Positions 1-13,430 of a stretch of DNA of 51,525 nucleotides are shown here, in pieces. The notes under the pieces are model-generated. The model did not search any database. It had not been told where the DNA came from and saw only the letters and a program-made list of their open reading frames with translations. The stretch is from Octopus sinensis (lineage: Eukaryota). A program made the translations under genes and the position numbers. The stretch spans positions 1 to 51,525 of the forward strand of contig NW_021833992.1 in NCBI RefSeq assembly GCF_006345805.1, written 5' to 3'. Position 1 is the stretch's first letter, and each line of letters starts with the position of its first letter.

Positions 1-2214
1 ACCACCACCACACCACTACCACTACCACCACTATCACCACCACCACCACCACCACTAATACCGCCACCACCACCACCACTACCACCACTACCATCACTAC
101 CACCACTACCACCATCATCACCACCACCTCAACTAACACCACCTCCACCACCACTACCATCACTACCACCACCACCATCATCACCACCACCACCACCACC
201 TCAACCAACACCACCTCCACCATCACTACCATCACTACCACCTCCACCACCACCACCACCACCACCACCACCACCACCATAACACTACGAACACCACGAT
301 CAAGAACAATAACAACGCAACCCCCTTCTAAATGAAGCGTTGAACCATCCTACCACGACCACCCCCAAAGACTCTAGAATCTATCACCACCACTATACCG
401 TCACAACAACGAACACCACCACCACCGTCACCGCTACCACAACTGCCACAACTGCCCTCAACCAACATTACCAACACCACCATTGCGTACTACCCCACCG
501 CTATCACCCTACCACCATCACCCCCGCCACAACCCTTGCAACCTGAACCACCACCACCACCACCACCACCACCACTACCACCATCACCACCACCACCAGC
601 TCCAGCACCACCACCACCACCACCATCCACCAACACCACCACCACCACCACCACTACCACCACCACTACCACAACTACCACCAGCTCCAGCACCACCACC
701 ACCACCACCACCACCACTACCACCACCACCACCACAACTACCACCAGCTCCAGCACCACCACCACCACCACCACTACCACCACCACCACCACTGTCGTTA
801 TTACTGTAACATACCATCACAACTAGCCCTTTCTCCGTCCTTCTAACTCCACTTCTGCCTCCTCGTCGTCATCGGTGACATCAGCACTGATGTCGTCATT
901 GTCGTCGCCATTCGTACGACGATCACGTCACCGACGTTACAAGGCGCTGACATAAAAATCACCACCACCACCATGAACATCACCACCACCACCACCACCA
1001 CCACTACCATCACAACCATCACCACCACAACCATCACGACGACGACCACCACCACCACCACCACTACCACCACCACCTCCACCACTACCACCACCACCAC
1101 AACGACAATCACACAACCACCACCACCATCACAACCACCACCACCACCACCACCACCACAACCGCAATCACCACCACCACCACCACCACCACCATCTTCA
1201 CCACCACCACCAACACCACCACCACTACCACCACCACCACACAACGACATCACACAACCACCACCACCACAAACAACAACAACCACCACCACCACCACAA
1301 CCGCAATCACCACCACCACCACCACCACCCACATCTTCACGACCACACAACAACCACCAACACTATCACCACCACCACAACGACAATCACACAACCACCA
1401 CCACCATCACAACCACCACTACCACCACCACCACAACCGCAATCACCACCACCACCATCATAACCACCATCTTCACCACCACCACCAACACCACCACCGC
1501 CGCCGCCATCATTGCTGCCAGTGTCATTCCGTTGCCACCGACAGCGAAACGCCACCCCGCTCCGATATCAGCATGTTTAACCATCATCATAAATACCAAC
1601 CCCATTCCACCACTACCACCCCACCACCACCACAACCATCGACAGCAACAACAACAACTGTATGTCTCCTACTAGTACCAACACTTTAACACACAACCAC
1701 CACTTCGTCCCTAACGTTACGATAACCATCACTACCACCTTCGCCAATTATATAACTTGCACCACCACAACCACTACACATACACGCACACACACACACA
1801 CTACAACCCTTTTCGGGTGAAGAATACCGCCGCCACCACCACCACCACAACAGTCACTGCTGCCAATACCACGTGCACTCCATGTCCACTACCACCACCA
1901 CCACCACCACCACTACCACCACCACAAAGAGCCCTATAACTGCCAGAGCTACCACCACTAACAACAAACACGACACCAATTTCATCGCCGCCGCCGCCGC
2001 CACCACTTTCATCATCTTTTGACTGGTCTCACTCATACCACTCCTCAACGTAAGACAACGAAATCACCAGCACAGCCACCACCGCCACCACCACTATCAT
2101 TATCACCTTCGTCAGCATCACGATCATCGTCATCATCTCCATCAGCATTTTCATGCAACGTTATTGTCAGCCTCTTCATGTTCCAATCTTCATCATCATC
2201 ATCATCACCACCAC

Positions 2215-2266
<52 letters not shown>

Positions 2267-2384
2267 TGTATTATCATCGTCATAATAATAATAATAATAA
2301 TATAATAATAATAATAAAAACAGCAACAACAACAATAATAATAATAATCACCATCATCGGCACCACCACCACCACCACCACCAC

Positions 2385-2416
<32 letters not shown>

Positions 2417-2420
2417 ATTG
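1..2420. repeat. Compound trinucleotide low-complexity tract, (ACC)n/(ACT)/(ATC)n/(AAT)n
   Basis: Directly visible. It accounts for all the poly-Thr/Pro/His and poly-Val/Gly ORFs in this interval. Confidence 0.97.
1099..1500 (+). repeat. Higher-order ~140-bp tandem repeat (3 units) inside the ACC tract
   Basis: Marker acaacgaca(a)tcacacaacc...acaaccgcaatcacc...catcttcac recurs at 1099, 1241 and 1377. Confidence 0.85.
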
Positions 2421-2747
2421 TATTCTGCAAAAATTCTTCCCCTGACAACCTCCAACTACATTACGTCTCCCGGTCCTCCTCTTCCTCTTACTCCCACCGC
2501 TACCCCTCATATTAAGTTGTTTTGTTTTTTTTTTGTTCAAAGCACCGATCTCCCCTTATAGCAGTAAGATTTTTTTTTTGTCGTCTGAGGCTTTCCCTGT
2601 TCCTACAGACACATTCTCTCTATCGGTCTGTCTGTCTGACTGCGTGTCTCTCCCTCCCCCCATTTCTCTACAGCCTGATACCCCCTTCCCTGTTTGCGTT
2701 CCTACTACAGCTATGTCTCATAATTTACCCCCTATCAGTGCCCTACT

Positions 2748-2759
2748 TTATTATTATTA

Positions 2760-2800
<41 letters not shown>

Positions 2801-2865
2801 TTTATATTTTATTTTTATTATTATTATTATTCTTATTATTATTATTATTATTATTATTATTTTTA

Positions 2866-2900
<35 letters not shown>

Positions 2901-2935
2901 TTATTATTATTATGTATTATTATTATTATTATTAT
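2748..2935. repeat. (ATT)n microsatellite
   Basis: Directly visible. Confidence 0.95.
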
Positions 2936-3195
2936 TTTACATATTCTTTTTTTTTTTCATTTTACAGCTTTAACGCAATACAGCACCCTCCGTCACAAAC
3001 GCATAAACACACACATACGCACGCGCGCATACACACACATACATGTAAAAAGGTGTGCGTGTGTGCTTGCATCTGAAGTATATATACCTCTCTATCTCGC
3101 TATCTTGTGAGTGTATGTATATCTATGTATGTGCACATATATATATATATATATAAGTGTGTGTGTGTGTGTGTGTATGTATGTATATATATATA

Positions 3196-3241
<46 letters not shown>

Positions 3242-3423
3242 TAATATAGTTAATCCAAACAAGAAAGCACAAAAAACAACAACGCGAGGACGTAGAACAA
3301 ATATAGCATTATTGGACGCTCAGGAAAGAAGGAAAGGAGGAGGGTTTAACGTTTCGAGCGGAGCGCTTCGTCGGAAACATAGGAGAAGGAAAGATTCAGA
3401 GAAGGGAAGACAGATATATACAC

Positions 3424-3473
<50 letters not shown>

Positions 3474-3984
3474 TTACACACACACACACATATATATTTG
3501 TATATATATATATATGTGTGTGTGTGTAGGTATATATATATGTATGTATGCATATATATGTATTTATATATGTATGTATGTATTTTTTGTATATATGTAT
3601 GTATATTTATATACACACATATATACATATATTTACATATATAAATGTGTGTGTGTGTGTGGTGTGTGTGTACGTGTGTCGTATTTCTTGCGCGTGTTTG
3701 TGTTTGTGTGTATAAGTAGTGGACAATATGTAACATGCATTCCTATAGTAACGTAATAAATTCACGACGACCATGGCCACTGCTGCTGTTGCTGCTGGTA
3801 GAACGAAGATTTGTTTCTCTTTTTTAAGTCAAGAAGGCAGACTGTACTTATATCGCTTTTGGACGTTGTGGGGCCCGAAGATTATGAGAGAGGAAGAGGA
3901 AAGTCTCGTCAAACTGACGATTTGGCTCGAATGCCTGCAATACGGTTGACTTTAAGAATGAGTAGTACTCGTATTTCAAAAGAC

Positions 3985-4132
3985 CAGCCAAGTCACATTC
4001 TGCTTTACGCTGAATCTTCCCGAAAACAACGTCAGGGGTGTGCGTGTCTGTTGAGCGTTCAACCACTTCACGAGCTGGCTATCCCACAGATCGGATCAGA
4101 TGGAGCGCTCAGCGACGAAACCAACAGAGTGG
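3985..4132 (+). mobile_element. Isolated SINE 3' tail, same tail as the SINE-C copy at 50258-50580
   Basis: gtcacattctgctttacgctgaatct...gatcggatcagatggagc resembles the reverse complement of 50260-50415. Confidence 0.7.
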
Positions 4133-4454
4133 TGAGCGGAAGGGTAGCCGTTTTCCTTGCATGCGACACACTAGACTCTGCATAATGGGACCAAACGTCC
4201 AAGTGGGGTTACTACATCTGGATGCAAATTAAATATACCATCATCTGCTGTCGCTATTGTCGACGATGTTGATGCTATTGGTGTTTCTATTGTCGTTAAG
4301 ACCGTTGTTACTGTTCTTACTGTGCTTTGGTAATGAATGATTCTATGGCTACCAAGCGACCGCTTCTGTATCTATTTCTTCTATTATCAGTGTGCTTAGT
4401 TTCGTTTCTGTTGTTGCTAGTGCTGTTGCCTTTTCACATCGATAGTAATATTTC

Positions 4455-4602
4455 TGCCATCAATGTTACTGTTTCTGTTAGTATTTTCTTTATCATTATT
4501 GTTGCTATTTCTTATTGCGATTTTTGCCATCAATGTTACTGTTTCTGTTAGTATTTTCTTTATCATTATTGTTGCTATTTCTTATTGCGATTTTTGCCAT
4601 CA
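4455..4602 (+). repeat. Perfect 70-bp tandem duplication
   Basis: Unit tgccatcaatgttactgtttctgttag...ttgcgatttt starts at 4455 and 4525; a partial third copy starts at 4595. Confidence 0.95.
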
Positions 4603-5169
4603 TTTTGTTCGATATTCACTTAGTGCTGCTGCACATTGCTGTTGCCATTTCTATTAGCATCGTTGCGTTTATCATCTTTGTTCCTATTTCTGTTAGAGTT
4701 GTTACCTTTATCGTCATTGCTGTTTTTTTTCTGATATTGGCTGTCGCTGATGTTGCTAGTTTTATTAGTGTCGTCGTTTATATCTAACGTCGCAGTTCGT
4801 TGATGTTGCTATTTCTCTACGTGTTGTTGCTCCACTCTTTCTTTTTCAACATCACTATATCTGTGTTATACTATTTTTCACCGATGGTGCAGCCGTCTTT
4901 ATTGCTGTTTCTTGCAGTAGGCTACCGTTTAACAGCAGTCAGTATAACCGTTCTTCATTGTAGTTGTTGCCCTATATCAGATACAGGTGAGCAATCATAT
5001 TATCAATGGCAATCGAGCCGTAACTGTCTCATCTTTTCAAGTACTAGACTACGTTAAACAATGTGTTTGTCCTTCTATTTCAAGAAGGTAGGCAGTAATT
5101 TTCCTGTTACTTTTTAGCGAGTATAATGACTGCGTAGACGTTCTATGGCTAACATTTGTGTCGTCTTTG

Positions 5170-5380
5170 TAATGATTAACCTCAGGTCAGCTATGATCGA
5201 GCAAACTCATAATCGAAATTATTCAAGCAGTGTACAACCCCAAAACTACCTCAGTGCAAGGAACTCAGAACGTGTCCTTTTCTTCAAAAGACAGGGTGTG
5301 ATTTGAAGGAGATTTGACTGTTGTTTCTGGCAGATATAGCCACTACATAGACACCAGGTACAGACTCCATCTTTGGCTCC
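5170..5380 (+). repeat. Unclassified dispersed repeat (core resembling ggtgtgatttgaaggagatttggctgctatttctagc)
   Basis: Related degenerate copies near 5085, 6310, 7470, 7680, 8740(-), 30990, 39930(-) and 42615. Confidence 0.6.
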
Positions 5381-5962
5381 TATTATGATATATTGCCCTC
5401 TGTAATGGTAATGTATTAACTGATATTGTTCATGTTGTTATGAGTGTTTAATTGCGTTTTTTTTAATGTTTTCTTTTCGTACGTCCCTTTACATCTATCA
5501 TTGTTGTTAATACTATACCTGTTAGTGTTGCGCTTGTTGTTGTTGTTGTTGTTGTTGCTGTTCTTCCTATTTTTCCTGGTGTTGGTGTTGTTTTATACAC
5601 GCCTGTTGTTGATCACGTGTCTAGTTACGAACTGATATCATAGATCTTCATGATAATAGGTATTACTACAGCTGCAGTTAGTGTTTCTGTTGCTACAGTT
5701 ATACATTGCATTTGCTGTGGCATCTGCCATTGCAGTTGTTATTTTTGTTGTTGCTGAGATCTTTCTAAGCCCTGGTCAAGTAGAGCTGTTACCAAACGAA
5801 TTATAATTATGACTTTTCTGTTTCCTTTCAGGCACAGTGATACATACACACACACAAATACATACATACATACATAATAAATGCATGCATACATAAATAC
5901 ATACATAAATTCATATATAAATACAGGCATACATAATACACAATATATACATACATAAATAC

Positions 5963-6011
<49 letters not shown>

Positions 6012-6102
6012 ATATAATTAATCAATATAGGGTGGCAAAAAATTTTGTAGAATTTTTTTGCCACCAGCGGCCTAGTGGGAAAAAATTAAATAGTCATAGA
6101 CC

Positions 6103-6371
6103 ATCACAATCGAGGACCGGCCATCTGTTCCGACTTGGCTATTCTCTTACTGTGAATCTAAGGGCCTATGGTGGATTGGCTTGATTTAATTTAATCAGGT
6201 TAGTTTACATTAAACAGTAGATGAAACGGTGCATCGTATAAGAAATTACAGGGTAAAAATGTTTTTTAATTTTCTCCTGGTTTACGGAGTTGATGTTATT
6301 TTGCGGTTTAAGCTTTTGGCTGTTATTTCTAGTGGGTGAATGGCCTATTATGGCCGTTCCTCGATTGTGAT
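6103..6371. mobile_element. MITE-like element with 22-bp terminal inverted repeats
   Basis: atcacaatcgaggaccggccat (6103-6124) vs atggccgttcctcgattgtgat (6350-6371): 21/22 complementary. Confidence 0.6.
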
Positions 6372-6874
6372 ACATATATATATATATATACGTACATAAA
6401 TACATATGTAATGCACAAATACCTATATACATGCATCATGCATGCATACACAATGCATACATACGTATGTACGTTCATATATACATAGATATATACTTAC
6501 ATATTTAAGTACGTATTACATACAAGCATTCAGACCTATATACATTTATACATACATATATACATACAGACGTACACACACATGCACACACGTATATATG
6601 TACATACACACACACATGCATACCTACATGGATACATAGATATCTCCATACATGCATACATACATGCACACGTACATACATACACACGTACGTCCGTATA
6701 TGCATATATTCGTACCTATATACATACATTCATTCATACTCACATATATACGTACAAACATATATACATACACATATACATACACACACATCCATACATA
6801 CCTACATGGATACATAGATATCTCCATACATGCATATATATATATATTTATATACACACGTACATATAACACAG

Positions 6875-7050
6875 CCACTACACATTCTTTATTTTCTCTC
6901 CTTGTTTCTTCTAGTGTTCCTTTCTGTGGAAAAGCATAGGCTCGAAACGTTAAATACTTTTTTCACTTTGCGAGCGTTATACCAATACATCTGTTTGTTG
7001 TCTACACCAACTGTCTCCGCCTTTTGTTTCTTTTTTGTGAATTTTCCCTA
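6875..7050 (+). mobile_element. Probable Penelope-like element terminal repeat fragment
   Basis: Homologous to 32110-32268. Carries ...ggctcgaaacgt..., a degenerate form of the CTGAnGA...GAAAC terminal motif of Penelope-like elements, and ends against an AT/AC repeat. Confidence 0.5.
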
Positions 7051-7154
7051 CATGTATATATACAGATAAACTTACTTGAACACATATGCGTAGGTTCAAT
7101 CAAATAACATAAATAATACATGCATACATACATACATACATATATATTACATAC

Positions 7155-7199
<45 letters not shown>

Positions 7200-7307
7200 A
7201 TATATATGTTTGCATACGCACAACACAAACACAACGATAACCCTAAGGAAGTTAAGTGTTTAAATAAATATATTCATCTCTTATATCTCCTAACAGTTTA
7301 TGGTTCA

Positions 7308-7309
<2 letters not shown>

Positions 7310-7352
<43 letters not shown>

Positions 7353-7353
7353 C

Positions 7354-7413
<60 letters not shown>
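7310..7413. repeat. (ATCT)n tetranucleotide microsatellite
   Basis: Directly visible. Confidence 0.95.
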
Positions 7414-7414
<1 letters not shown>

Positions 7415-7782
7415 GACTAATATTTATCAAACATCTTTCCCTAGTTTGTTCGATACTAGATGGTAGTATAGGGTTTGAAGAAAATTTGGCTGCTCTTTTA
7501 AGTGGCACGCATGACCACGTAGTAGTGACCTCGTTGATAGGCTCTGCTTACGTTTTTGTTGTTCTTACTCTTATTTAAGTGCATATGAACTCTGGTTAAG
7601 ATTTTTTTTTTTTTTGTGATTTTCCTTTTGTCTAGACAGTGTATCTATGACGACATTAAACTTCTAAAACCGGTAGATGTAATATGTGGGATATGTAACT
7701 GTTTTATCTAGCTGGACGAATAACAGCGTAGATGTTTCCTCACAGTTCACGGTGTTTATCTGTTTAAGGCATAGCGTCTCAT

Positions 7783-8109
7783 ACTAAAGGAAATAAACAT
7801 TTGGAACCTCCCAAAAGAAAGAGAATGTTTCTTTCACTTCATGAGGAGGGCCTTAGTTTCATGATTATCAAAGAGAAGCTGAAAGAAAGAACATTAAACA
7901 GACCATTAACCATCGTGCATAGAGAAGAGTCCATCGCCATTTAGACGGAGGGTCAGTATCAGCAGACAGAAGAATTGGTTCCGCCAGAAATGCTGAGCGT
8001 ATGGAGAGATTAGGGAATGCTTTCAAAGCCATCCACCCGTAACAGGAAGCAGACCATCACTTCCTTATCGAAGAAGTTCACTTCAACTGATGGAAGAAAT
8101 GTATTCTGA
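7783..8109 (+). pseudogene. Degenerate Tc1-like transposase N-terminal (HTH) fragment
   Basis: Frameshifted pieces KGNKHLEPPKRKRMFLSLHEEGLSFMIIKEKL, RRVHRHLDGGSVSADRRIGS and RD*GMLSKPSTRNRKQTITSLSKKF follow the Tc1 paired-like HTH pattern. Judged by eye only. Confidence 0.5.
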
Positions 8110-8375
8110 CATATTATCTATCATAAGGAATTTGAAATGAATTCAGAATTTTGCAGTAGGGCTTGTTCTTGAAAGCCATCGTTGCTGAGAGATGGTGAGA
8201 GGAGGAAAGAGAGAGAGCTCGCGCGAGTGAAAGAGATAGATAGAGAGGGGGAGAGAATGCGTGTGTGTGTGTCTGTGTGTGAGAGAGGGTGAATTACGTT
8301 GCTTGCAGAAAGTAATTTCTCGATGTTTACAAACAAGAGAACATCACGTTCTTTCTAAATATTACCTCTTCACAA

Positions 8376-8543
8376 GACGGCGAGCTGGCAAAATCATTAA
8401 GCGGCATTTCATCCATTTTTACGTTCTGAGTTCAAATTCCATCGCGGTCACCTTTGCCTTTCATCCTCGGGGTCGATAAAATAAGTGTCAGTTGAGTATC
8501 TGCTCCACTCCAAAGTGCGGCTCTTGAGCCAAAATTTGAAACC
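8376..8543 (+). mobile_element. tRNA-derived SINE, family B
   Basis: Head gacggcgagctggca, B-box gagttcaaattc, central gcctttcatcctcggggtcgataaa. Confidence 0.85.
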
Positions 8544-8862
8544 TCCACCTCTGCCTGATAAATTCCTGCAAGACTGTCTATCTCCGACAATAGGACTTGG
8601 AGACGGTGTTCAAATAGTCTGGGTTTCCTTTTATATCATTAAGATGTTGGCCTAGTCGTTCATTTTAGTGCCGGTGTCACTGTAACATAGATTCACAAAT
8701 TATATTGTGTCAACGGAGAAGTCTCTACGCAGCAGCACACATAGCTAGAAATACCAAGTAGTAGTACTTCAACTGACATTGTGCTGTTTTAAGAAAAGGA
8801 AGGATATATAAGTTAATGTGATCTTAGGTATTTCGTAATTAAAAAAAAAATACTTGGAACGG

Positions 8863-9219
8863 TTCTTTTATTCTTTTATTTGTCTCAGTCATTTGACTGC
8901 GGCCATGCTGGAGCACCGTCTTTAATAGAATTTTTCTCAGTTATATCCCTTTCAACTGTTTATAATTGTAAGCTAATTATTTTTTTCTATCTTTTAACTT
9001 TTACTTCTTTCAGTCACTTGACTGCGGCCATACTGCAGCATCACCTTGAAGTATTTTAGTCGAACAAATTAACGGCAGTAATGTTTAAAGCCTAGTACAT
9101 ATTCTTTTGTTTCTTTGGCCGAACCGCTAAGTTACGGGGAAGTAAGCACACCAACACCGGTTGTCAAAATGTGGTGGTGAGACAAACAAAGACACAAAAC
9201 AAACATGTATACATGCTTA

Positions 9220-9263
<44 letters not shown>

Positions 9264-9422
9264 CGACGGGCTTCTTTCAGTTTCCGTTTAACAAATCCAT
9301 TCAGAAGGCTTTGACCGGCCCGAGGATATAGTAGAGGACATTTTTCCAAGGTTCTACGCAGTGGTGCTGAACCCGGAACCATGTGGTTGGGAAGCAAGCC
9401 TCTTACTACATATTCACGCCAG
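8863..9422 (-). mobile_element. tRNA-derived CORE-like SINE, family A (full copy 8991-9422 plus an extra tail fragment 8863-8925)
   Basis: Reverse complement matches 40461-40907, including the internal (AT)n and the cagcatggccgcagtcaaatgactga tail. Confidence 0.85.
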
Positions 9423-10124
9423 CTTTTGTTATAAACTACTCGACCAAAATTGACTTGGTGCTATACTAAACAACGACAGGAGCAACAGCAAATATAGCAT
9501 TAAAGACCCCCGTCATTTTTTAACATTTAGTAAAGCCATGTTAGTTTATTTAGAACAGGTTAGTCATGCTTAACCAGGAGTAATATGAACAAGAGAAAGA
9601 TCCAGATAATTCAACCATGTTTTTATGAATAGATTTCTTCAAATTTTCGAAACTGATAATTTGTTTTGTGGGGCAGGGCAGTCTTCAGATTAAAATTCTT
9701 TCAAAAGCAATCCGAGAATTTTAAAGTGAAAACTGAATTCAATAACTTTAAAAGCAATGAATCTTTATTTGCCGCAGCTCAGAAAGAATGGTACGAATTA
9801 TAGTGTATGTTATTGCTAAAAAGTACAAAACAAAAACAATAAAAAAAACAGAAAGAAAGGAAAAGCTGCCTGACAGTATGATTAAAAGCATGCATATACA
9901 AAAAAAAAAAAAATAAGGTAAGAAAAAATGTAAAGAGAGAGAAAAAAATAAAGAAATATACCTACAAGATAATTATGCCAGGAGCATTGATTTTTGGATA
10001 TGAATAAACATAAATACGTTATTTTTTTCAAGTCTGAATATAATAGTTGATATATTTTTAAACAAAAATGGAATGAAAGCGCATTAAAAAAATATCAATA
10101 ATTTTCTAAGGGTGCCATTTCCCC

Positions 10125-10156
<32 letters not shown>

Positions 10157-11221
10157 ATGTAGGTAAATGTATGTGTATGTGGTTGGTGGATGTATGTAAT
10201 AAAGAGTATTTTTTTTCATTTAAATTGAATTGTTGCAAATTCCCATATAGACGGGACAATTGGAATAAGAAATGAATTTTTGGACGAATGGATTTATGAA
10301 GATAAACTGTTTTGTACAGTTTTTTTACAAACGTTTCTGAGTAGAATTCAAAATTTTTTGTCTTGTAATCTATGTATCGTTTTGCTTTTCACTGTATTTT
10401 CTATACAATTATCCATTTTCAATAAAAAGGAATGTGTACTTGTATACTCGGTGTAAAATATTTTTATGTCTTAATGAAGTTAGGGGAGTCACGAGGCTGG
10501 CAAGGGAATGCAGGAAAAAAAAATCCTACGCATCATGAGTTTTTGCAGGAGGAATCTGTGTATTAAGATACAGTTACCTCTCCTTGGATGGTAAACCTAA
10601 TCCAAGTGATGCTGGCAAAAACAGACGCCTCGAAAGTCGTTAAAATGGCTATATGGTGACGTTAGGAATTTCTATTATTGGTAAAAATAGAAGAGAACTT
10701 TAAATGGTCTGCGAGTAAAAAAAAATAGGAAGCTTGGTTCTTCATTTTTTTTATGTGGTTAGCTTGAATCAAAATCCCTGCGCCCATTTAAATCCACTCT
10801 GCTGAAGAAATTGAGACATAATTGAACAGTGGTTCAAAACGACGAAAGAACGAGAAATAAACTGGAATTTTGCGTCCACATAAAATGGCTACCAACAGAA
10901 TAGACTGCACTATGAGTCTCCAAATGTAGGTGTGACAAAATGACGGGGATTGCAAAATTGCAAAAGAGTGTTTTGGACAAAATCAGAAAGATTTGCTGAT
11001 CTTTTTATTGTTTTGTTCGAAACTGTATATCTTCGTTGTGATTAACCTAAATGAAAGTGTCTGCAGCATTGCGATTCACCTTGCTAAGGAAATTAAGATG
11101 GTGCTATAGAATTGTTAGTAAGAATAACTTCTAGGACTGATTCATCAGTGAATTTCAAATGTCTTCATTGGAACCTTAAAAGAAATGAAAAGTGTATTTT
11201 GAAATTAACATATCGAACATT

Positions 11222-11846
11222 AATAATGGTTTTAGATTTTGGCAGAGGGCCAGAAGTTGATTAAATCTACCCTAGTTCTTGACTGCTACATAGTTTATAG
11301 ACCCCCGAAAGAACGAAAGGCAAAGTCGACTTATCCGGAATTTGAACTCGGAACGTAAAGAAGGATTGAAATGCCGCAAAGCATTTTGCCTGGTGTGCTA
11401 AGCCAAGCATTTAATAATCCTTCTACTTCAGGCACAAGGCTAGCAATTTTAGGGCATGGGGTAAGTCTATTATATCAATACCACTGCTCTACTGGTTCTT
11501 ATTTTGTCGATTCCGAAAGGACGAAAAGCAGAGTCGACTTCGGCGGAATTTGAACTCAGAACGTAGGCAAACGAAACCCCACCAAGCATTTCATTCTGAG
11601 TATTAACTCTCCAGCCATCTCACCGCCATCCTAGCATTTAATAATGTTTAGAATTTTGGTACAAGATTAGCAAGTTCAGGTGTGTGAGGTGATGGTAGTG
11701 GTAACCTGATTACATCGACCCCAGTGTACGCTTGGTCCTTATTTCATCGACCTCAGTACTCCCCTGGTCCTTATTTCATCGAAACCCAAAAGGATGAAAA
11801 GTAAAGTTGACCTCGATGGGATTTGAACACAGAACGTTAAGCATTT
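11222..11846 (-). mobile_element. Three head-to-tail SINE-B copies (approx. 11222-11403, 11416-11630, 11642-11846)
   Basis: Three successive aaaggcaaagtcgac...atttgaactcagaacgt-like blocks. Confidence 0.85.
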
Positions 11847-11945
11847 TGTCTTGTCTTCTTCTTCTTCTTCTTCTTCTTCTTCTTCTTCTTCTTCTTCTTC
11901 TTCTTCTTCTCTTCTTCTTCTTCTTCTTCTTCTTCTTCTTCTTCT

Positions 11946-12420
11946 TTTCCAATCAGGACTCACGCCATTAGCCACAAAGAATAATCTCTAATTCGGGCCT
12001 ACTCTAAGCTGCTAAGAATGCGTGTGGCAATTTGAAGATCCAACCACCACACGCGATAGATTGGCGGTTGCACGGGCGCGAAAGCTACGTTGTTATCCTC
12101 ATTCCGTAAACGGTGACTTTTAACGGGAGGAGAGCTGAACCATCCTGGGGTACAGAGGATTCGCAATCTAGACTAGGGTCTGAAAGTTTACCACACCATA
12201 GTGGGTTACACCATGGTTCCTCTGCTTTGTGGCAGAAGTAGGAAGAAAGAGTGAGAGGAAGTTGTGGTGAAAGAGTACAGTGGGGACCCCCCCCCGTCGG
12301 AGCCTCGTGGAGCTTAGGTGTTTTTGCTCAATAAACACTCACAATGCCCAGTCTGGAAATCGAAACCGCGTTCTTACGACCGTGAGTCCGCTGCCCCAAC
12401 CACTGGGCCATTGCACCTCC
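11946..12420 (-). mobile_element. tRNA-derived SINE, family D, with a long unique tail ending at (GAA)n
   Basis: Minus-strand head ggaggtgcaatggcccagtggtt...ggtttcgatttcc is shared with 18395-18673. A (TTC)n tract at 11855-11945 abuts its 3' end. Confidence 0.75.
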
Positions 12421-12918
12421 AATGATGTTGTTATTGTTGTTGCTGTTGTTTAAACTCAGATCTGCCTTTATGGATCAGAGCTATGCTGAAAGGTGTGTTA
12501 GCGGGCTCATATAGTCATGGTCGTAATGATAGTGACGGTCGTAGTGGTGGTCGTAGAGGTGGTGGTGAACATCAAGGTGATGTTAAAGGCGAGGTACGTG
12601 TTAACCAAACTAATGGTGGTGGCGTGGTTGTTGTTGGTGGTGATGGTTTTGAAGGTGGTGGTGGTGGTGGTGATCTAGATGTTGGCAGTAACGTCTTGGC
12701 AAGTAATAGCAATAGTAAAAGAGAGAGAGAGAGAGAACGTCCATAAAACAAAAAGGGTAAAAAGAAGAAAAAATAATAAATGAACAGAAATAAAAGCCAT
12801 GAAAGGCGGCAGTAAGACATGCCAACATACAGCAAAGAGAGCATTTGATATCGCGAAATAATGATTAAATGATTCAGACAGTTATGGCTATGGACATCGT
12901 GTTTCACGACTTTACACG

Positions 12919-12925
12919 ATGATGG

Positions 12926-12971
<46 letters not shown>

Positions 12972-13105
12972 GAAGAAGAAGAAGAAGGAGAAGAAGAAGA
13001 AGAAGAAGAAGAAGAAGAAGAAGAAGAAGAAGAAGAAGAAGAAGAAGAAGAAGGTGATGATGATGATGATGGTGATATTGCTACTGATGATGATGATGAT
13101 GATGA
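12919..13105. repeat. Compound (GAT)n-(GAA)n-(GAT)n microsatellite
   Basis: Directly visible. Confidence 0.95.
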
Positions 13106-13430
13106 TCACGATAACATCACGATGATGGCCATGATGATAACAACGGCAATAACGATGGTGATGATATCCAAAGTTATGGCTGTGCTGGTTAAAGGTTCAC
13201 TTCGCATCCATGTGGCTCTGATTTCGATTCTCCTTTCCGCTATATATAGACGCACACGAACAAACACACACAGACCTGTGAAGATAGCGGTTTTACAAGA
13301 AAACCAATGGTTTTATGCGGGAGGACCTTCACAGTTTTTTAAACGATTCACTCGGGAATGTTCGCATCAGTTTGATTTTCGATGAGAATACCAAATGCGG
13401 TGCTGAAAACTCTTTCACTCTGTTCAATAC

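Noticed and set aside
973-1689. 238-aa Thr/Pro/His-rich ORF resembling a mucin or extensin
   Set aside because: It is a translation of ACC repeats, which lack stop codons in most frames. Composition drifts T to P to H with repeat slippage, and there is no signal peptide or splice evidence.
2522-3756. Hydrophobic poly-Ile/Tyr/Leu and YI/CV ORFs, and the many similar ORFs throughout the window
   Set aside because: Artefacts of (ATT)n, (AT)n and (GT)n microsatellites.
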